From: Candidatus Latescibacterota bacterium
GTDB lineage: Bacteria; Latescibacterota; UBA2968; UBA8231
Length of the DNA stretch: 64,000 bases
NCBI GenBank assembly: GCA_965208105.1
Contig: OZ242318.1
Span: 3,488,001-3,552,000, forward strand
Direction: 5' to 3'
In this document: positions 44,419-54,462 of the stretch, piece after piece
How positions within the stretch are numbered: the stretch's first letter is position 1
How the letters are laid out: every line of letters starts with the position of its first letter
Program-made: the position numbers and the translations under genes
Notes under the pieces: generated by a model
The model's input: the letters and a program-made list of their open reading frames with translations, nothing else
Databases searched by the model: none
Told to the model about the DNA's origin: nothing

Positions 44419-45189
44419 ATGCTGCGCTTTCTGCTCTCACTCGCTTCCGTTTTTTCCATCGCCTTCCCCGCCTTCTCCCAATCGGCCGATTCTCTTCTCG
44501 TCAATGGAAGACAGATGCTGCGCGCCGGTGAAAGCCAGGGGTCCCTCGATGCGATCTACGCGGCCCGGGCCATGTTCGAGCGCGCCCTGGCCGACACCGG
44601 CCTGGCGGCGTGGTCGCACTACTACATCGCCCTGGCCGATTACCGCATGGTCAATCTTCTGCTGGCCGCCGGCGAGGAAAACAAGGACGCCGCTTCCGGG
44701 CACCTGAAGTCCGCGGTCGAGCACTTGCGGGAATCCACCCGGATCGATCCCGGGGCGGCGGAAGCCTTTGCCCTGCTTTCGAGCGCCTACGGCAGGCAGA
44801 TCAGCCTGAGCCCGGCGAAAAGCATTTTCCTGGGTCCCAAGGCGCAGAAGGCCCTGCGGAAAGCCGTGAAGCTCGCCCCCGACAATCCGCGCGTGGTACT
44901 GAGCGCGGCCATCGGCGCTTTCAATACCCCCAAAATGTTCGGCGGCAGCAAGGAAAGGGCCATGCAGGGGCTCCAGCGGGCAACGGAGCTCTTTGCCCGG
45001 GAAGAGCCCTTCGATCCCGTCCAGCCGGTATGGGGGCACAGCCAGACCTACGCCTGGCTCGGGGTCGCCTACATGGACCGCGGTGAGCTGGATTCGGCGC
45101 GCGCGGCATTTGAAAAGGCGCTCGAGATCGACCCGGATTTTGGTTGGGTGAAGTACGTCCTCCTGCCGGAACTGGAGGCGGCCAATTAG
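44419..45189 (+). CDS. Secreted TPR-repeat protein
   Basis: Signal peptide; KAVKLAPDNP, AFEKALEIDPDF. Confidence 0.85.
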   Translation: MLRFLLSLASVFSIAFPAFSQSADSLLVNGRQMLRAGESQGSLDAIYAARAMFERALADTGLAAWSHYYIALADYRMVNLLLAAGEENKDAASGHLKSAVEHLRESTRIDPGAAEAFALLSSAYGRQISLSPAKSIFLGPKAQKALRKAVKLAPDNPRVVLSAAIGAFNTPKMFGGSKERAMQGLQRATELFAREEPFDPVQPVWGHSQTYAWLGVAYMDRGELDSARAAFEKALEIDPDFGWVKYVLLPELEAAN

Positions 45190-45309
45190 CGGCGGTCACT
45201 GCGCGCAGCCGCTTCATCCGCCACGCCGGCAAAATCCTCGTGTTGCACCGGGCCGGTTGCGCGGGGGGCTGCCGCGAAGAGCTCCTGCGATGCACGGCGG
45301 TGCCTGAGG

Positions 45310-45395
45310 GCGGCGGAACCGGCCTGCGGTGGGACTGGACGGTTGCCTGGGCGCGGCGGGACCGGTTTACGGTGGGACTGGACGATTGCCTGGCA
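45310..45395. repeat. Imperfect tandem repeat, 2 x 43 bp
   Basis: GCGGCGGAACCGGCCTGCGGTGGGACTGGACGGTTGCCTGGGC / GCGGCGGGACCGGTTTACGGTGGGACTGGACGATTGCCTGGCA. Confidence 0.75.
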
Positions 45396-45515
45396 GGGGC
45401 AGCAGCGCGCCGGGCGGACTCGATTGCCATCTCGGGAGGTGCGGGGCTATCTTATCAACCGCGGAGAATTGCTGCACGATAACCGGGTTGCTGACAAGGC
45501 AGAGAGAAATCGACC

Positions 45516-46319
45516 ATGGTGCAAAGCGCACACCCCGAGTTGAAGAACGTGGACCTCCGGCTGCAGGAGCTGGAGACCCAGGGATACACCATTTTTTCCG
45601 GCTATCTCGACCGGGACACCACGGCCGCGGTCCGCGCCCATATCGACAGCCTCGCGGGCCCGGTCGGGCCCAACGACCAGGGCAGCACGAAGCACGTTCT
45701 GCGCCATCCCATTCCCGGGGAGATCATGGCCCGGCTGGCGAGCCACCCGGCGACCCTCGAGCTGTCGGCGCTGTTGATCGGCTCGCGGGACCTGCGCCTG
45801 CGCGAGCAGGTCCTCGTCCGCAGCGATCCCGATACCCCGCCGTACCAGCCTCCGGCATGGCACATCGACGGGGACTTTTGCCGCCGGGAGTTCGAGGCGG
45901 CGCCGAAGCAGGTCTATTACCAGATGCTGCACTACTGCAGCACGGTGACCAGCGGAGGAGCGGCGTTCATGATCGTGCCGCGGTCGCACAAGTTGTCGCT
46001 GGATGTCGACGAGGTAGCGGACCGCGAAAAGGGAGAGCGCCCCATCCCCGACCTCACCGCCCTGGTCGGCGATGTCAAGGAGGGCGACGGCATCGAAATT
46101 TGCGCCAGCGAGGGCGATGTCATCGTCTTCAATCCCCTGTGCCGCCACGCCGCCTCCGCCAACCGGACCGACCGGCCGCGCTACGTCTATTTCACCTCCT
46201 TCTACCACCCTTCGGCGCAACGGCTTATGAATTTGATGCGCCGGTACGAATACCGCGACAACTTTCCCGACTCCCTGCGCCGGGGCTTGACACCCGAGCT
46301 TCAGGCCATGCTCGACTAG
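45516..46319 (+). CDS. PhyH family dioxygenase
   Basis: WHID, IVPRSH, GDVIVFN..RHAASAN..PR. Confidence 0.85.
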   Translation: MVQSAHPELKNVDLRLQELETQGYTIFSGYLDRDTTAAVRAHIDSLAGPVGPNDQGSTKHVLRHPIPGEIMARLASHPATLELSALLIGSRDLRLREQVLVRSDPDTPPYQPPAWHIDGDFCRREFEAAPKQVYYQMLHYCSTVTSGGAAFMIVPRSHKLSLDVDEVADREKGERPIPDLTALVGDVKEGDGIEICASEGDVIVFNPLCRHAASANRTDRPRYVYFTSFYHPSAQRLMNLMRRYEYRDNFPDSLRRGLTPELQAMLD

Positions 46320-46601
46320 TGCCCGCTTGCCCTCATTCTCGCCGCTGGGATCAATGAATAGAGCAAAGATGGTATCTCATCTCGGCGGGATGATTGCCTC
46401 CATTCAACTCGACCATCCAGTTCGCGTCGGATTCCACCAGAAAATCTCCATGGAATTAAAAACGGAATTATCAGTTAGGAGCTTGACTTTTTTTGTCCGT
46501 CCAGGAAATTCTGGCAGGAAAGGATTTGATACTTTCACCCGATTAGGCAAGCATCAGGACCTTCAAATCGATCTGGGTTTTGAGTGGGAAGGAGAGATGT
46601 G

Positions 46602-47057
46602 ATGAAGGAAAGAATTGCGCTCCTAATGGGGTTTCTCGCCGTGCACGGCTGTGGCGAAGGCGAATCGTCACATAGATCGGAGCCAGGCCCCCCCGAGGTC
46701 AACGTGGTAGTCGACGACGGTCGCGACTGGAGCAACGACCCCTACGTCGTGAACTCGGCCACTATCGACGGACACCTGCTGACTGTCGAAGTCTCGTTCG
46801 GTGGCGGCTGCCGGAGGCATGACTTCACCCTGGTGTTCTCAGAAACGTTCAGGGAGTCTGATCCGGTGCAGCTTTCGGCTGTGCTCGCCCATGATGCGAA
46901 CGGTGATCCCTGCGAGGCTTATCTGACCGAATCCCACGTTTTCGACCTCACCCCGGTCAGGATGCGCTATCAGAAATTCTACGGCCTTGCTTCGGCCCAG
47001 GTCTCCCTGCAAATCGCGGGCGTGACCGGGGACGACCTCCTATACCAATTCGACTAG
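46602..47057 (+). CDS. Lipoprotein (NigD-like C-terminal fold, tentative)
   Basis: Lipobox-like VHGC; SFGGGC..HDF, HDANGDPCEA. Confidence 0.65.
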   Translation: MKERIALLMGFLAVHGCGEGESSHRSEPGPPEVNVVVDDGRDWSNDPYVVNSATIDGHLLTVEVSFGGGCRRHDFTLVFSETFRESDPVQLSAVLAHDANGDPCEAYLTESHVFDLTPVRMRYQKFYGLASAQVSLQIAGVTGDDLLYQFD

Positions 47058-47101
47058 CAGCACGAATTAGCCCCTAACTTATCATTCCGACTAAAAATCC
47101 C

Positions 47102-47139
47102 TTGACTTTCCTGCCGTCATACTGTACTATCTAAATAGT
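47102..47139 (+). promoter_or_regulatory. Sigma70 promoter with overlapping GntR/YtrA-type operator
   Basis: TTGACT-17 bp-TACTAT; inverted repeat ACTAT-ctaa-ATAGT. Confidence 0.75.
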
Positions 47140-47190
47140 GAACTAATGTAATGGGACAATTTGAGGCCATGGCCGGGAAGGAGCGAGAAG

Positions 47191-47562
47191 ATGCAGCTCG
47201 ATTTCGATCCCACCCGCCCCATCTATCTGCAGATCATCGAGGCCGTTAAAAAGCGCGCGGTTCAAGGGGTCTATCGAGCCGGGGACTCCTTGCCGTCGGT
47301 GCGGGAAATGGCCACGGAGATGGGGGTGAATCCCAACACCATGTCCAGGGCCTACATGGAGTTGGAGCGCGAAGGGTTCATTACAACGCGGCGTGGCCAG
47401 GGATCGTCGATAACCAAGAGCGCAAAGCGCATCGACAACGAGCGCCGCTCCCTGGCCCGGGCTGCGAGGGAGCGCTTCGTGGCGGAGATGCGCGATTTGG
47501 CCCTCTCACCCGAGCAGATCGACGAATTGATGCGCGAAATCTCAGAGGAGGTGACGCTATGA
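47191..47562 (+). CDS. GntR (YtrA subfamily) regulator
   Basis: PIYLQI, LPSVREMA..GVNPNTM.RAY.ELE.EG..RRGQG. Confidence 0.92.
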   Translation: MQLDFDPTRPIYLQIIEAVKKRAVQGVYRAGDSLPSVREMATEMGVNPNTMSRAYMELEREGFITTRRGQGSSITKSAKRIDNERRSLARAARERFVAEMRDLALSPEQIDELMREISEEVTL

Positions 47563-48248
47563 TAGAAATAAGGAACCTGTGGAAGCGATACGGCGGCGCG
47601 ACGGCCTTGGGAGGCATCTCCCTGAGCGTGGACCGGGGCCGGGTCATGGGCATCCTCGGCGAGAACGGGAGCGGCAAGAGCACCCTCTTCAAGATTCTCG
47701 CCGGCGTCGCTCGCGCCAGCGAAGGCAGCGCGAGCATTGCGGGGCTCCCGGTCGGTGTCCGGACGAGGCGCATCACATCCTACCTGCCCGAGGTCAGTCC
47801 GTTCTACGAATGGATGCGCGTCGAGGAGCAGCTCGAGTTCCTGGCGGCCTTCTTTCCCGGCTGGGACATGGCCAAGTCCCGCGAGCTCCTCGGGCTGATG
47901 AACGTCGACAGCCAACGCAAGGTCGGGGCCTTGTCCGACGGCCAGCGGGCGCGGCTCAAGGTGGTGGCCGCCTTTTCATGGCCGAGCGAGCTGGTTCTGA
48001 TGGACGAGCCCCTGGGACGGATCGACCCGCCGTCGCGCCGGCGCATCCTGGAGACCTTGCTGAGCGAGTTCCGCGCCGGGGAGCAGACGATCCTCATCTC
48101 GACCCACTTGGTCAGCGAGGTGGAAGAGCTGATAGAGGAGGTGGCCTTCCTGCGCCACGGCGAGATAGCAGTCAGCGGCAACATCGAAGCGCTGAGGCAG
48201 GAGCGCGGCATGTCGCTCGGCGACATCTTCGAGGAGGTGGTAGCATGA
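47559..48248 (+). CDS. ABC transporter ATP-binding protein
   Basis: GENGSGKST, LSDGQ, LMDEP, STH. Confidence 0.92.
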   Translation: MIEIRNLWKRYGGATALGGISLSVDRGRVMGILGENGSGKSTLFKILAGVARASEGSASIAGLPVGVRTRRITSYLPEVSPFYEWMRVEEQLEFLAAFFPGWDMAKSRELLGLMNVDSQRKVGALSDGQRARLKVVAAFSWPSELVLMDEPLGRIDPPSRRRILETLLSEFRAGEQTILISTHLVSEVEELIEEVAFLRHGEIAVSGNIEALRQERGMSLGDIFEEVVA

Positions 48249-49111
48249 ATACCTGGAATGCGCTTTACCTGAAAGAGCTGAAAGACATCCGCACCCTGTT
48301 CATCCTGCTGGCGCTGGTGACCGTCTTTCTCGAGGTCGTCGCGGTGCTGTCCTTTACCGGCGAGCAGAGCCCCCCGTCGGTACAGTGGTCCACCTCCACG
48401 GAACCCGGCGGAGCTGCCATGTCCATGGACCACCACGAGGGCATGCCGTCGTTCCACTTCCTGTGGAGCCTGGTCCCCTATTCCTTCTTGCTGATCCTGC
48501 CCTTCGCGCTCGGCCACTCCTTCGCCCAGGAGGTGAAGGGGCAGACCCATTACCAGCTCCTCTCCCTGCCCGTATCGCGCGCCAGGATATTCGCGGCCAA
48601 GGCGGCGGCGGTGGCGACCCTCGGGATCGTCATATTCGCCTTGAGCAGCGCCGGTCTCATCGTGGTGCTCGGCGAGTTGCTCGTATTGGCGGCCCGGGTA
48701 CCGGGGGTACGCATTTCCCCGTTCTCCGCTATGGACGTACTGGTTGTCAGCGGGGTGGTCTACTTTTCGGCGATGGCGCTGATGCTGGGCATTGCCGGCG
48801 GTGCCGCCGGCGTGAAGCTGGTAGTGCGGCGCTTTGCCGGCCTCTCCTCCGCGGCATTCGTCATCTTCGTGCTGTACTGCTATTTCAGCCTGTTGCCCGA
48901 GGCGCTCTCCCTGTCCGGGATGCTCGGCGCCTACGAAATGCCGTTCCCGGTCTGGAGTGAAACCACCGCTCCAGGTGGAGGCGCAAAGGTGGTGACCATG
49001 TTGAGGGAATCCATCAAGGTCGATTTCATGATCTTCGCCTGGCCGATCTTCGTCGGACTGGCGGCCATGGGGGTCGGGATGTGGCTGTTCGAGAAGCGGG
49101 CGGAAGCCTGA
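48245..49111 (+). CDS. ABC-2-type permease
   Basis: LYLKEL, LLSLPVSR, multiple TM segments; ATGA overlap. Confidence 0.8.
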   Translation: MNTWNALYLKELKDIRTLFILLALVTVFLEVVAVLSFTGEQSPPSVQWSTSTEPGGAAMSMDHHEGMPSFHFLWSLVPYSFLLILPFALGHSFAQEVKGQTHYQLLSLPVSRARIFAAKAAAVATLGIVIFALSSAGLIVVLGELLVLAARVPGVRISPFSAMDVLVVSGVVYFSAMALMLGIAGGAAGVKLVVRRFAGLSSAAFVIFVLYCYFSLLPEALSLSGMLGAYEMPFPVWSETTAPGGGAKVVTMLRESIKVDFMIFAWPIFVGLAAMGVGMWLFEKRAEA

Positions 49112-49216
49112 AGGAACCTGCTCGATCGGGCGGCAGGTTGACCCGAGGGTCTCAGGGCGGGGCGCGCAGGTCGAGACCAGGACCGAGAGACCCTTCGCCT
49201 GTCAGGATGTCCGGGT

Positions 49217-49609
49217 TTAACCTGCGGCCGCAGCAACCACGGCGCCAAGGGCCTGGTCGAAGGTCCTGACTTCGCGCACCCCGCGCCGGCGGCAACTGGC
49301 AAGGTGGCAGAGGTCCCGGGCGCCAAGGGCGGGATACTGATCGTGAAGCTGCCTGGCCAGGGTGACGTCGTCCTGCTCCAGAGGCCAGACCTCCACCCGG
49401 GACCTGGCAATCAGGGCCATGGCTGCGTCGAGGGCCTGTTTCCGCGCAACCGGGAGGTAGGCGTGCGCCAGCTCCTGCAGGACCTCCGCCGAGGTGCAGA
49501 GAGGGGTGCGGGAGCGGATGCACTCGACGAAGAACTCCCGCGCCGGGTCCCGGAGGGGATGAGGCCGGCCCACCGCGTACATGAAGACGTTGGTATCGAC
49601 GAAGATCAC
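49217..49609 (-). CDS. vapC: VapC PIN toxin
   Basis: IFVDTNVFMY, EVLQE, ARDLCHLA, TFD. Confidence 0.9.
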   Translation of the reverse strand: MIFVDTNVFMYAVGRPHPLRDPAREFFVECIRSRTPLCTSAEVLQELAHAYLPVARKQALDAAMALIARSRVEVWPLEQDDVTLARQLHDQYPALGARDLCHLASCRRRGVREVRTFDQALGAVVAAAAG

Positions 49610-49881
49610 GTTTTCGACGCGCCCCGTTGCCGCGATTCGTCAATAACCCCCATGTGCTCCTCCCAGTCCGGCTCCCGCCTGGGGCCCTCCAACCCGTCGC
49701 AGGACTGGAAGAACTCCTCTAGGTCGGCAGGGGATTCAAAGGTGTTGGACCGCTGCTTTTCCCGAAGCCGCTGGCGGGCCGCGCTCCTGAGCCAGGCACT
49801 CAGGGTCATGCCCTCGCTCCGCGCCTGATGGACGAAACGATCGCGGTCCTCGTCGGGAATCACAAGCTGAACTCTGGCCAT
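49606..49881 (-). CDS. RHH-type antitoxin
   Basis: MARVQLVIPDE..EGMTLSAWLR; overlaps vapC. Confidence 0.75.
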   Translation of the reverse strand: MARVQLVIPDEDRDRFVHQARSEGMTLSAWLRSAARQRLREKQRSNTFESPADLEEFFQSCDGLEGPRREPDWEEHMGVIDESRQRGASKT

Positions 49882-50044
49882 CCTTCTCATCCGCCTTTCT
49901 TGTGAGCGTGTGTATAGACAATACACATTCCAGTGCTGAGGGTCAATCCTCATTCAGCGAGGTCGCTGCGCTGTGGTCTGGTGATAAAGATAGGCCGTCG
50001 CTCAAGGCCGGGCGGCGCTCCGACGGATCACAGGACGCCATCCG

Positions 50045-50347
50045 TCAATAATGATAGCGTGCCTGCAAGAAATCCACGCGTTCTCCGCTTACCAAATACA
50101 CCAGGCGATGTTCTTCCGTAAGGCGCCGCGACCAGGTTCCGGATGGGAGGTATTTGAGGGGTTCAGGTTTGCCGATTCCTGAGAATGGGTCGCGCAGCAC
50201 GGCCTGGATCAGGTCAAAAGCGCGCAGGGCTATTTTGCGGTTTGTATGTACCCAGAAACGCAGGTCTTCAACGAATTCAGGATGAAATACCCCTGTCCAC
50301 TGGCGAGCGGTGGGAGTGTTCCTCTTTTTAATTTTCTTCTTCGACAA
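50045..50347 (-). CDS. yoeB: Txe/YoeB toxin
   Basis: GIGKPEPLKY..WSRRLTEEHRLVY..QARYHY. Confidence 0.93.
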   Translation of the reverse strand: MSKKKIKKRNTPTARQWTGVFHPEFVEDLRFWVHTNRKIALRAFDLIQAVLRDPFSGIGKPEPLKYLPSGTWSRRLTEEHRLVYLVSGERVDFLQARYHY

Positions 50348-50618
50348 GACCGAGTTTACGGCGCAGTTCTTCTATGGAGGAAGGAGACAATTTCCGGCTC
50401 TGGGCGCGGTTGATCGCGGTGAGAAGGCGCTCGGCGTTTTTGGGCGATCTGAGGAGATGCACGGTCTCCAGGAGGCCGGCTAATTCGTCGGCTGAGACCA
50501 GCGCCACGTCTTCGGCATTGCGCCGCCGGATGATCACGGGCTCGCGGGTGGAGGCAACCTCGTCGCAGAGCGATGCGAGTTCTGCCCTGGCCTGGGTATA
50601 GGTGGTGATGGTGGTCAT
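50328..50618 (-). CDS. yefM: YefM/Phd antitoxin
   Basis: TYTQARAELASL, ETVHLLRSPKNAERL. Confidence 0.92.
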   Translation of the reverse strand: MTTITTYTQARAELASLCDEVASTREPVIIRRRNAEDVALVSADELAGLLETVHLLRSPKNAERLLTAINRAQSRKLSPSSIEELRRKLGLVEEEN

Positions 50619-50636
50619 TTCATTCTCCCATGAATA

Positions 50637-50655
50637 TGTACAGGATCAATGTACG
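50637..50655 (-). promoter_or_regulatory. YefM-type operator
   Basis: TGTACA and TGTACG cores just upstream of yefM. Confidence 0.6.
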
Positions 50656-50863
50656 TGTAGGGGAAATCCTGTCAACTTTTCGGATATCTTTCTCGCCTGG
50701 AAGCTATTGAGGGAGCTCCCGGCGTGGAACTATATTGGTGGAAGTTGCTATCGCAATGCCCGGTTATCCAGTTTTGGCGAGGCTCAATAGCCTTTCCGTA
50801 TCCCAGCCCTGTCATCAAACTAGTCGCCACCGGCCCCACCTCTCAATAGAAAGAACACCGACC

Positions 50864-52360
50864 ATGCCGCGAATTCTCGTCGCCGAATGCAAGCAAGAAA
50901 TCTCGTCCTTCAACCCCGTGCCGAGCCACTACGAGGACTTCCGCATCGTCCGCGGAGGAGCCATGCTGGAATACCACCGCGGGGTGGGCGAGGAAGTGGG
51001 CGGTGCGCTGAGCGTCTTCGAGGCGGACGGCGGTGTGGATGTCGTGCCCGGCCTGGGCGCCAGCTCCCTCACCTCGGGCGGGATCCTCAGCGCCGCCGGC
51101 TTCGGCCGCCTGAGCCGCGAGTTCCTCGACGGCCTGGCCGAAGCGGGTCCCGTGGATGCGGCCTACCTGGCCCTGCACGGAGCCATGCAGGCCGAAAACG
51201 AGAACGATCCCGAGGGCTTCCTGCTGCGGGAGGCGCGCCGCATCCTCGGCGAAGCGGTCCCCATCGTGGTTTCCCTCGATCTGCACGGGATTCTCACCGA
51301 CCGCATGCTGGAGCACAGCGACGCCATCGTGGTCTACCACACCTATCCTCACGTGGACTTCTTCGAGACCGGCGCACGCGCCGCCGCCCTTCTGCTGAAG
51401 CTGGCGGCGGGCGGGGTCCGGCCGGTGACCGCGCGGGTGAAGATCCCCGTCCTGGCGCGGGGTGACGAGACCATAACCGCAACAGGATCGGTGAGCCGGT
51501 GCATCCGCCGGGCCCGGCAGATCGAGGCCGGTGAGCCGGGCTTGGCCGCCGCCGTCATGTGGGGGAATCCCTTCACCGACGTTCCCGAGCTGCGCTCCAA
51601 TGCCCTGGTGGTGATGGACGGCGACGAGGCGGCCGCCCGGGAGCATGCCGTGGAGCTGGCCGGCCTCTTCTACGAGTCCCATGAGAAGATGCAGGTCCCC
51701 CTCACAAGCCTGGAGGAGAGCGTCCGGCAGGCCGCCGAGGTCCAGTCCGGAACGGTGGTGCTGATGGACGCCGCCGACGCCACCAGCTCAGGAGCCTCCG
51801 GCGACAGCAATGCCGTTCTGCAGGAGCTGATCCGCCAGGGATACAAGGGGAGCACCCTGTCTCCCATCGTCGATCCGCTGGCGGTTCGACGTGCCTTCGA
51901 AGCCGGGGTCGGTGCGACGGTGCGCACCACGGTGGGCGGGGCCCTCGATCCCGCCCGCTTTCAGCCGCTGGAGCTCGAGGCCAGGGTCTGCCTGCTCTCC
52001 GACGGCAGGTTCCGCAGCGAGTCCTTCGGCTGGCACTGGGACTCCGGCGACACGGCCGCCCTCGAGGCCGGCAACCACACCCTGGTGGTGGGCACCCGCC
52101 CCGTCAGCCTCTTCGATCGAGCGTGGTTCTTCGCCAACGGGCAGGACCCGCGCCGCTTCGACCTGGTGGTGGTCAAGTCGCCCCACTGCGAGCCCCGAAT
52201 GTTCGCCGACTGGTGCGCCCGGCTGATCGACGTGGACGCGCCCGGCTCCACCAGCGCCAATCTGCGCAGCCTGGGACACACTCTGTGCCCGCGGCCGATC
52301 TTTCCCCTGGACGAGGGGGTCGCCTTTCAGCCCGTGGCCGACGTCTTCCGCAGAAGCTGA
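50864..52360 (+). CDS. M81 family metallopeptidase (MlrC-like)
   Basis: QEISSFNP, LHGAM, LDLHG, YPHVD, VVVKS. Confidence 0.9.
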   Translation: MPRILVAECKQEISSFNPVPSHYEDFRIVRGGAMLEYHRGVGEEVGGALSVFEADGGVDVVPGLGASSLTSGGILSAAGFGRLSREFLDGLAEAGPVDAAYLALHGAMQAENENDPEGFLLREARRILGEAVPIVVSLDLHGILTDRMLEHSDAIVVYHTYPHVDFFETGARAAALLLKLAAGGVRPVTARVKIPVLARGDETITATGSVSRCIRRARQIEAGEPGLAAAVMWGNPFTDVPELRSNALVVMDGDEAAAREHAVELAGLFYESHEKMQVPLTSLEESVRQAAEVQSGTVVLMDAADATSSGASGDSNAVLQELIRQGYKGSTLSPIVDPLAVRRAFEAGVGATVRTTVGGALDPARFQPLELEARVCLLSDGRFRSESFGWHWDSGDTAALEAGNHTLVVGTRPVSLFDRAWFFANGQDPRRFDLVVVKSPHCEPRMFADWCARLIDVDAPGSTSANLRSLGHTLCPRPIFPLDEGVAFQPVADVFRRS

Positions 52361-52709
52361 TCGGGGGTGCAGGCGTGCACCACACCCGCTTCCTCGACCT
52401 CGAAGACCGCGGTTAGCCGGAACCACCGGACGGCGCCCGCACTGTCAGGAGGTGCCGATGCCGCTGCCGGCTCGGCGCAGAGGGCTGTTTGCGATGAGTT
52501 CTCCGGGCCGTGGGGCAGTTCCCACTCCCAGCATTCCGGCAGGGTCCGCTCCATCTTGTTGTTCCACTGCCCCGTCTCTATACTTGAACGGCTTTTCCGC
52601 GGCCGGGATCAGCCGGTCCTGCCGTCCAGGCCCCGCCGAATGGGCGGCATGGGATCGAGACAGCCCTTTCCGGGCGGCCAAGGGAAGACAAACCTCAAGG
52701 AGCCTGCCG

Positions 52710-53474
52710 ATGCTGCTGCAAGATAAAGTTGCCATAGTGACCGGAAGCGGCAATGGAATAGGCCGCGCCGTTGCGACCCGCTTCGCCGGGGAGGGCGCCG
52801 CGGTCACCGTCGCCGAGTTGGAGGAGGGTCCGGGCCGCGAAACCGCGGAGGCCATCGCGGACTCGGGCGGCCGCGCTCTCTTCCACCAGACCGACACCGC
52901 CGACGGAGGCTCGGTGCGAGCCATGGTCGAGGCTGCGGTCGATCGCTTCGGCACCGTGAATATACTGGTGAACAACGCCGCCGCCTTCGTGTTCGGCAAT
53001 GTGGAGGAGGTGACCGAAAAGGACTGGGAGCGGGTCTTCGGGGTGAACGTGATCGGCTACGCCAACACGGTGCGCGAATGCCTGCCCGAGTTTCGCCGCA
53101 ACGGCGGTGGGACGGTGGTGAACATCGCTTCGGTGTCCTCCTTCATTGCACAGCCCGCCTTCGTCCCCTACAACGCCTCGAAAGGCGCGGTGGCCCAGCT
53201 TACCCGCTGCCTGGCCATGGACCTGGCCGAGGACAACGTGCGGGTCAACGCCATCTGCCCCGGCGCCGTCCGCACCCGCGCCACCGACCGCCACATCGCT
53301 TCTCTGGGTCTGGATCCGGAAGCTGCCTACGCCGATTTCGCCCGGGACTCGCTGATGAACAGGATGGGCAGGCCCGAAGAAATTGCCGCCGGCGCTCTCT
53401 TCCTGGCCTCGGACGAATCTTCCTTCATGACCGGTGCGCACATCGTCATGGACGGTGGGGCCACCATCGACTGA
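52710..53474 (+). CDS. Classical SDR oxidoreductase
   Basis: TGSGNGIG, NNAA, YNASK, RVNAICPG, DGG. Confidence 0.93.
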   Translation: MLLQDKVAIVTGSGNGIGRAVATRFAGEGAAVTVAELEEGPGRETAEAIADSGGRALFHQTDTADGGSVRAMVEAAVDRFGTVNILVNNAAAFVFGNVEEVTEKDWERVFGVNVIGYANTVRECLPEFRRNGGGTVVNIASVSSFIAQPAFVPYNASKGAVAQLTRCLAMDLAEDNVRVNAICPGAVRTRATDRHIASLGLDPEAAYADFARDSLMNRMGRPEEIAAGALFLASDESSFMTGAHIVMDGGATID

Positions 53475-53592
53475 TTCCCGGTCAGGGGGTTGCCCTCGCT
53501 CGAAGTCCTCCACCAGTACGACTCGCTGAGGCCGCTTGCGAGCCGGGGCCCTTCGCAGCCCTCGTTCCTATCCTTAATTTCGCCCGCGGGGA

Positions 53593-54462
53593 CTACTTCC
53601 AGCGGAAGTGCGGGTCGGATACGCTGTAGGGCCAGCTCGACCCGCCCGCGTGGTGGAAGTCCTCCGACCGGCCGCAGAGCCAGAGAAAGAGCTCGGCCAC
53701 CCGCGGCACCGACTGCCATATGTGCGCGGCACCGCTGAAGTAGTCGTTCTCGAAGGAGTAGTCGGCCCTGGCGAAGTCGAAGCCTTCCTCGGCGATCCAG
53801 TCGCGCCGGGGAGCAACCGTGCGCCAGCAGTCCCATTTCAGGAGATTGCGCACTCCCTCGGCTTTTTTCGGCGGCTGGCGGTGCCAGATGGAGTAGGCGG
53901 TGAAGAATACCGACCCGGCCGGAGCCGCGGTCATGAGCTGGCCGGCCAGGTTGCCGTAGTGCTCCAGCTCCTCCCGCGCTATGGGGATGAGGTGGGACCC
54001 GGGAAGGAAGAGGGTGGGTCCCATGGCGGGAGTAGCCTCCCGGGGGTAGTAGAAGATCTGCAGCAGCTCTAGGGTGCGCTCGAACTTCGAGCCGGCGTCC
54101 ACGTGCCACATCCCCGCCTTCCTCGGGCCATCGAGCCGGTGGTTGGCTAGCCAGTCGGGCAGCTGGAAATTTTCGCCCAGCAGCGACCTGGCCACTCCGG
54201 CCACCTCGGGGTGCAGCAGCACCTCGCGCACGAAGCGCTCCTCGGCGAGCAGGTTGTTCTGCGTGATCGCCTGCGGGTCGCGGTCCACCTCCCGCTCTAT
54301 GTACTCGGCGACCCAGGAGTTGGTCGAGTCGGGTATCGCCCCCTCCAGCGCGAAGATGCCGGTTTTGCAGAACTCGAGGACCTGGCTGTCGTTCAGGGTC
54401 GGCCGGATGTCCCCGCCGGCGCGCCGGACGGTTGAATCTTTCGGTTTCAGCAGCTCGCTCAT
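53593..54462 (-). CDS. PhyH family dioxygenase
   Basis: WHVD, GPT.FLPGSH, SIWHR. Confidence 0.8.
   Translation of the reverse strand: MSELLKPKDSTVRRAGGDIRPTLNDSQVLEFCKTGIFALEGAIPDSTNSWVAEYIEREVDRDPQAITQNNLLAEERFVREVLLHPEVAGVARSLLGENFQLPDWLANHRLDGPRKAGMWHVDAGSKFERTLELLQIFYYPREATPAMGPTLFLPGSHLIPIAREELEHYGNLAGQLMTAAPAGSVFFTAYSIWHRQPPKKAEGVRNLLKWDCWRTVAPRRDWIAEEGFDFARADYSFENDYFSGAAHIWQSVPRVAELFLWLCGRSEDFHHAGGSSWPYSVSDPHFRWK

Noticed and set aside
45310-45395. Possible CRISPR array
   Set aside because: Only two adjacent copies, no unique spacers, and no cas genes in the window.
46327-46602. 91-aa ORF with a short stretch (IASIQLDHPVRVG) reminiscent of a kinase N-terminus
   Set aside because: The similarity is too short and no P-loop follows; at most a small remnant.
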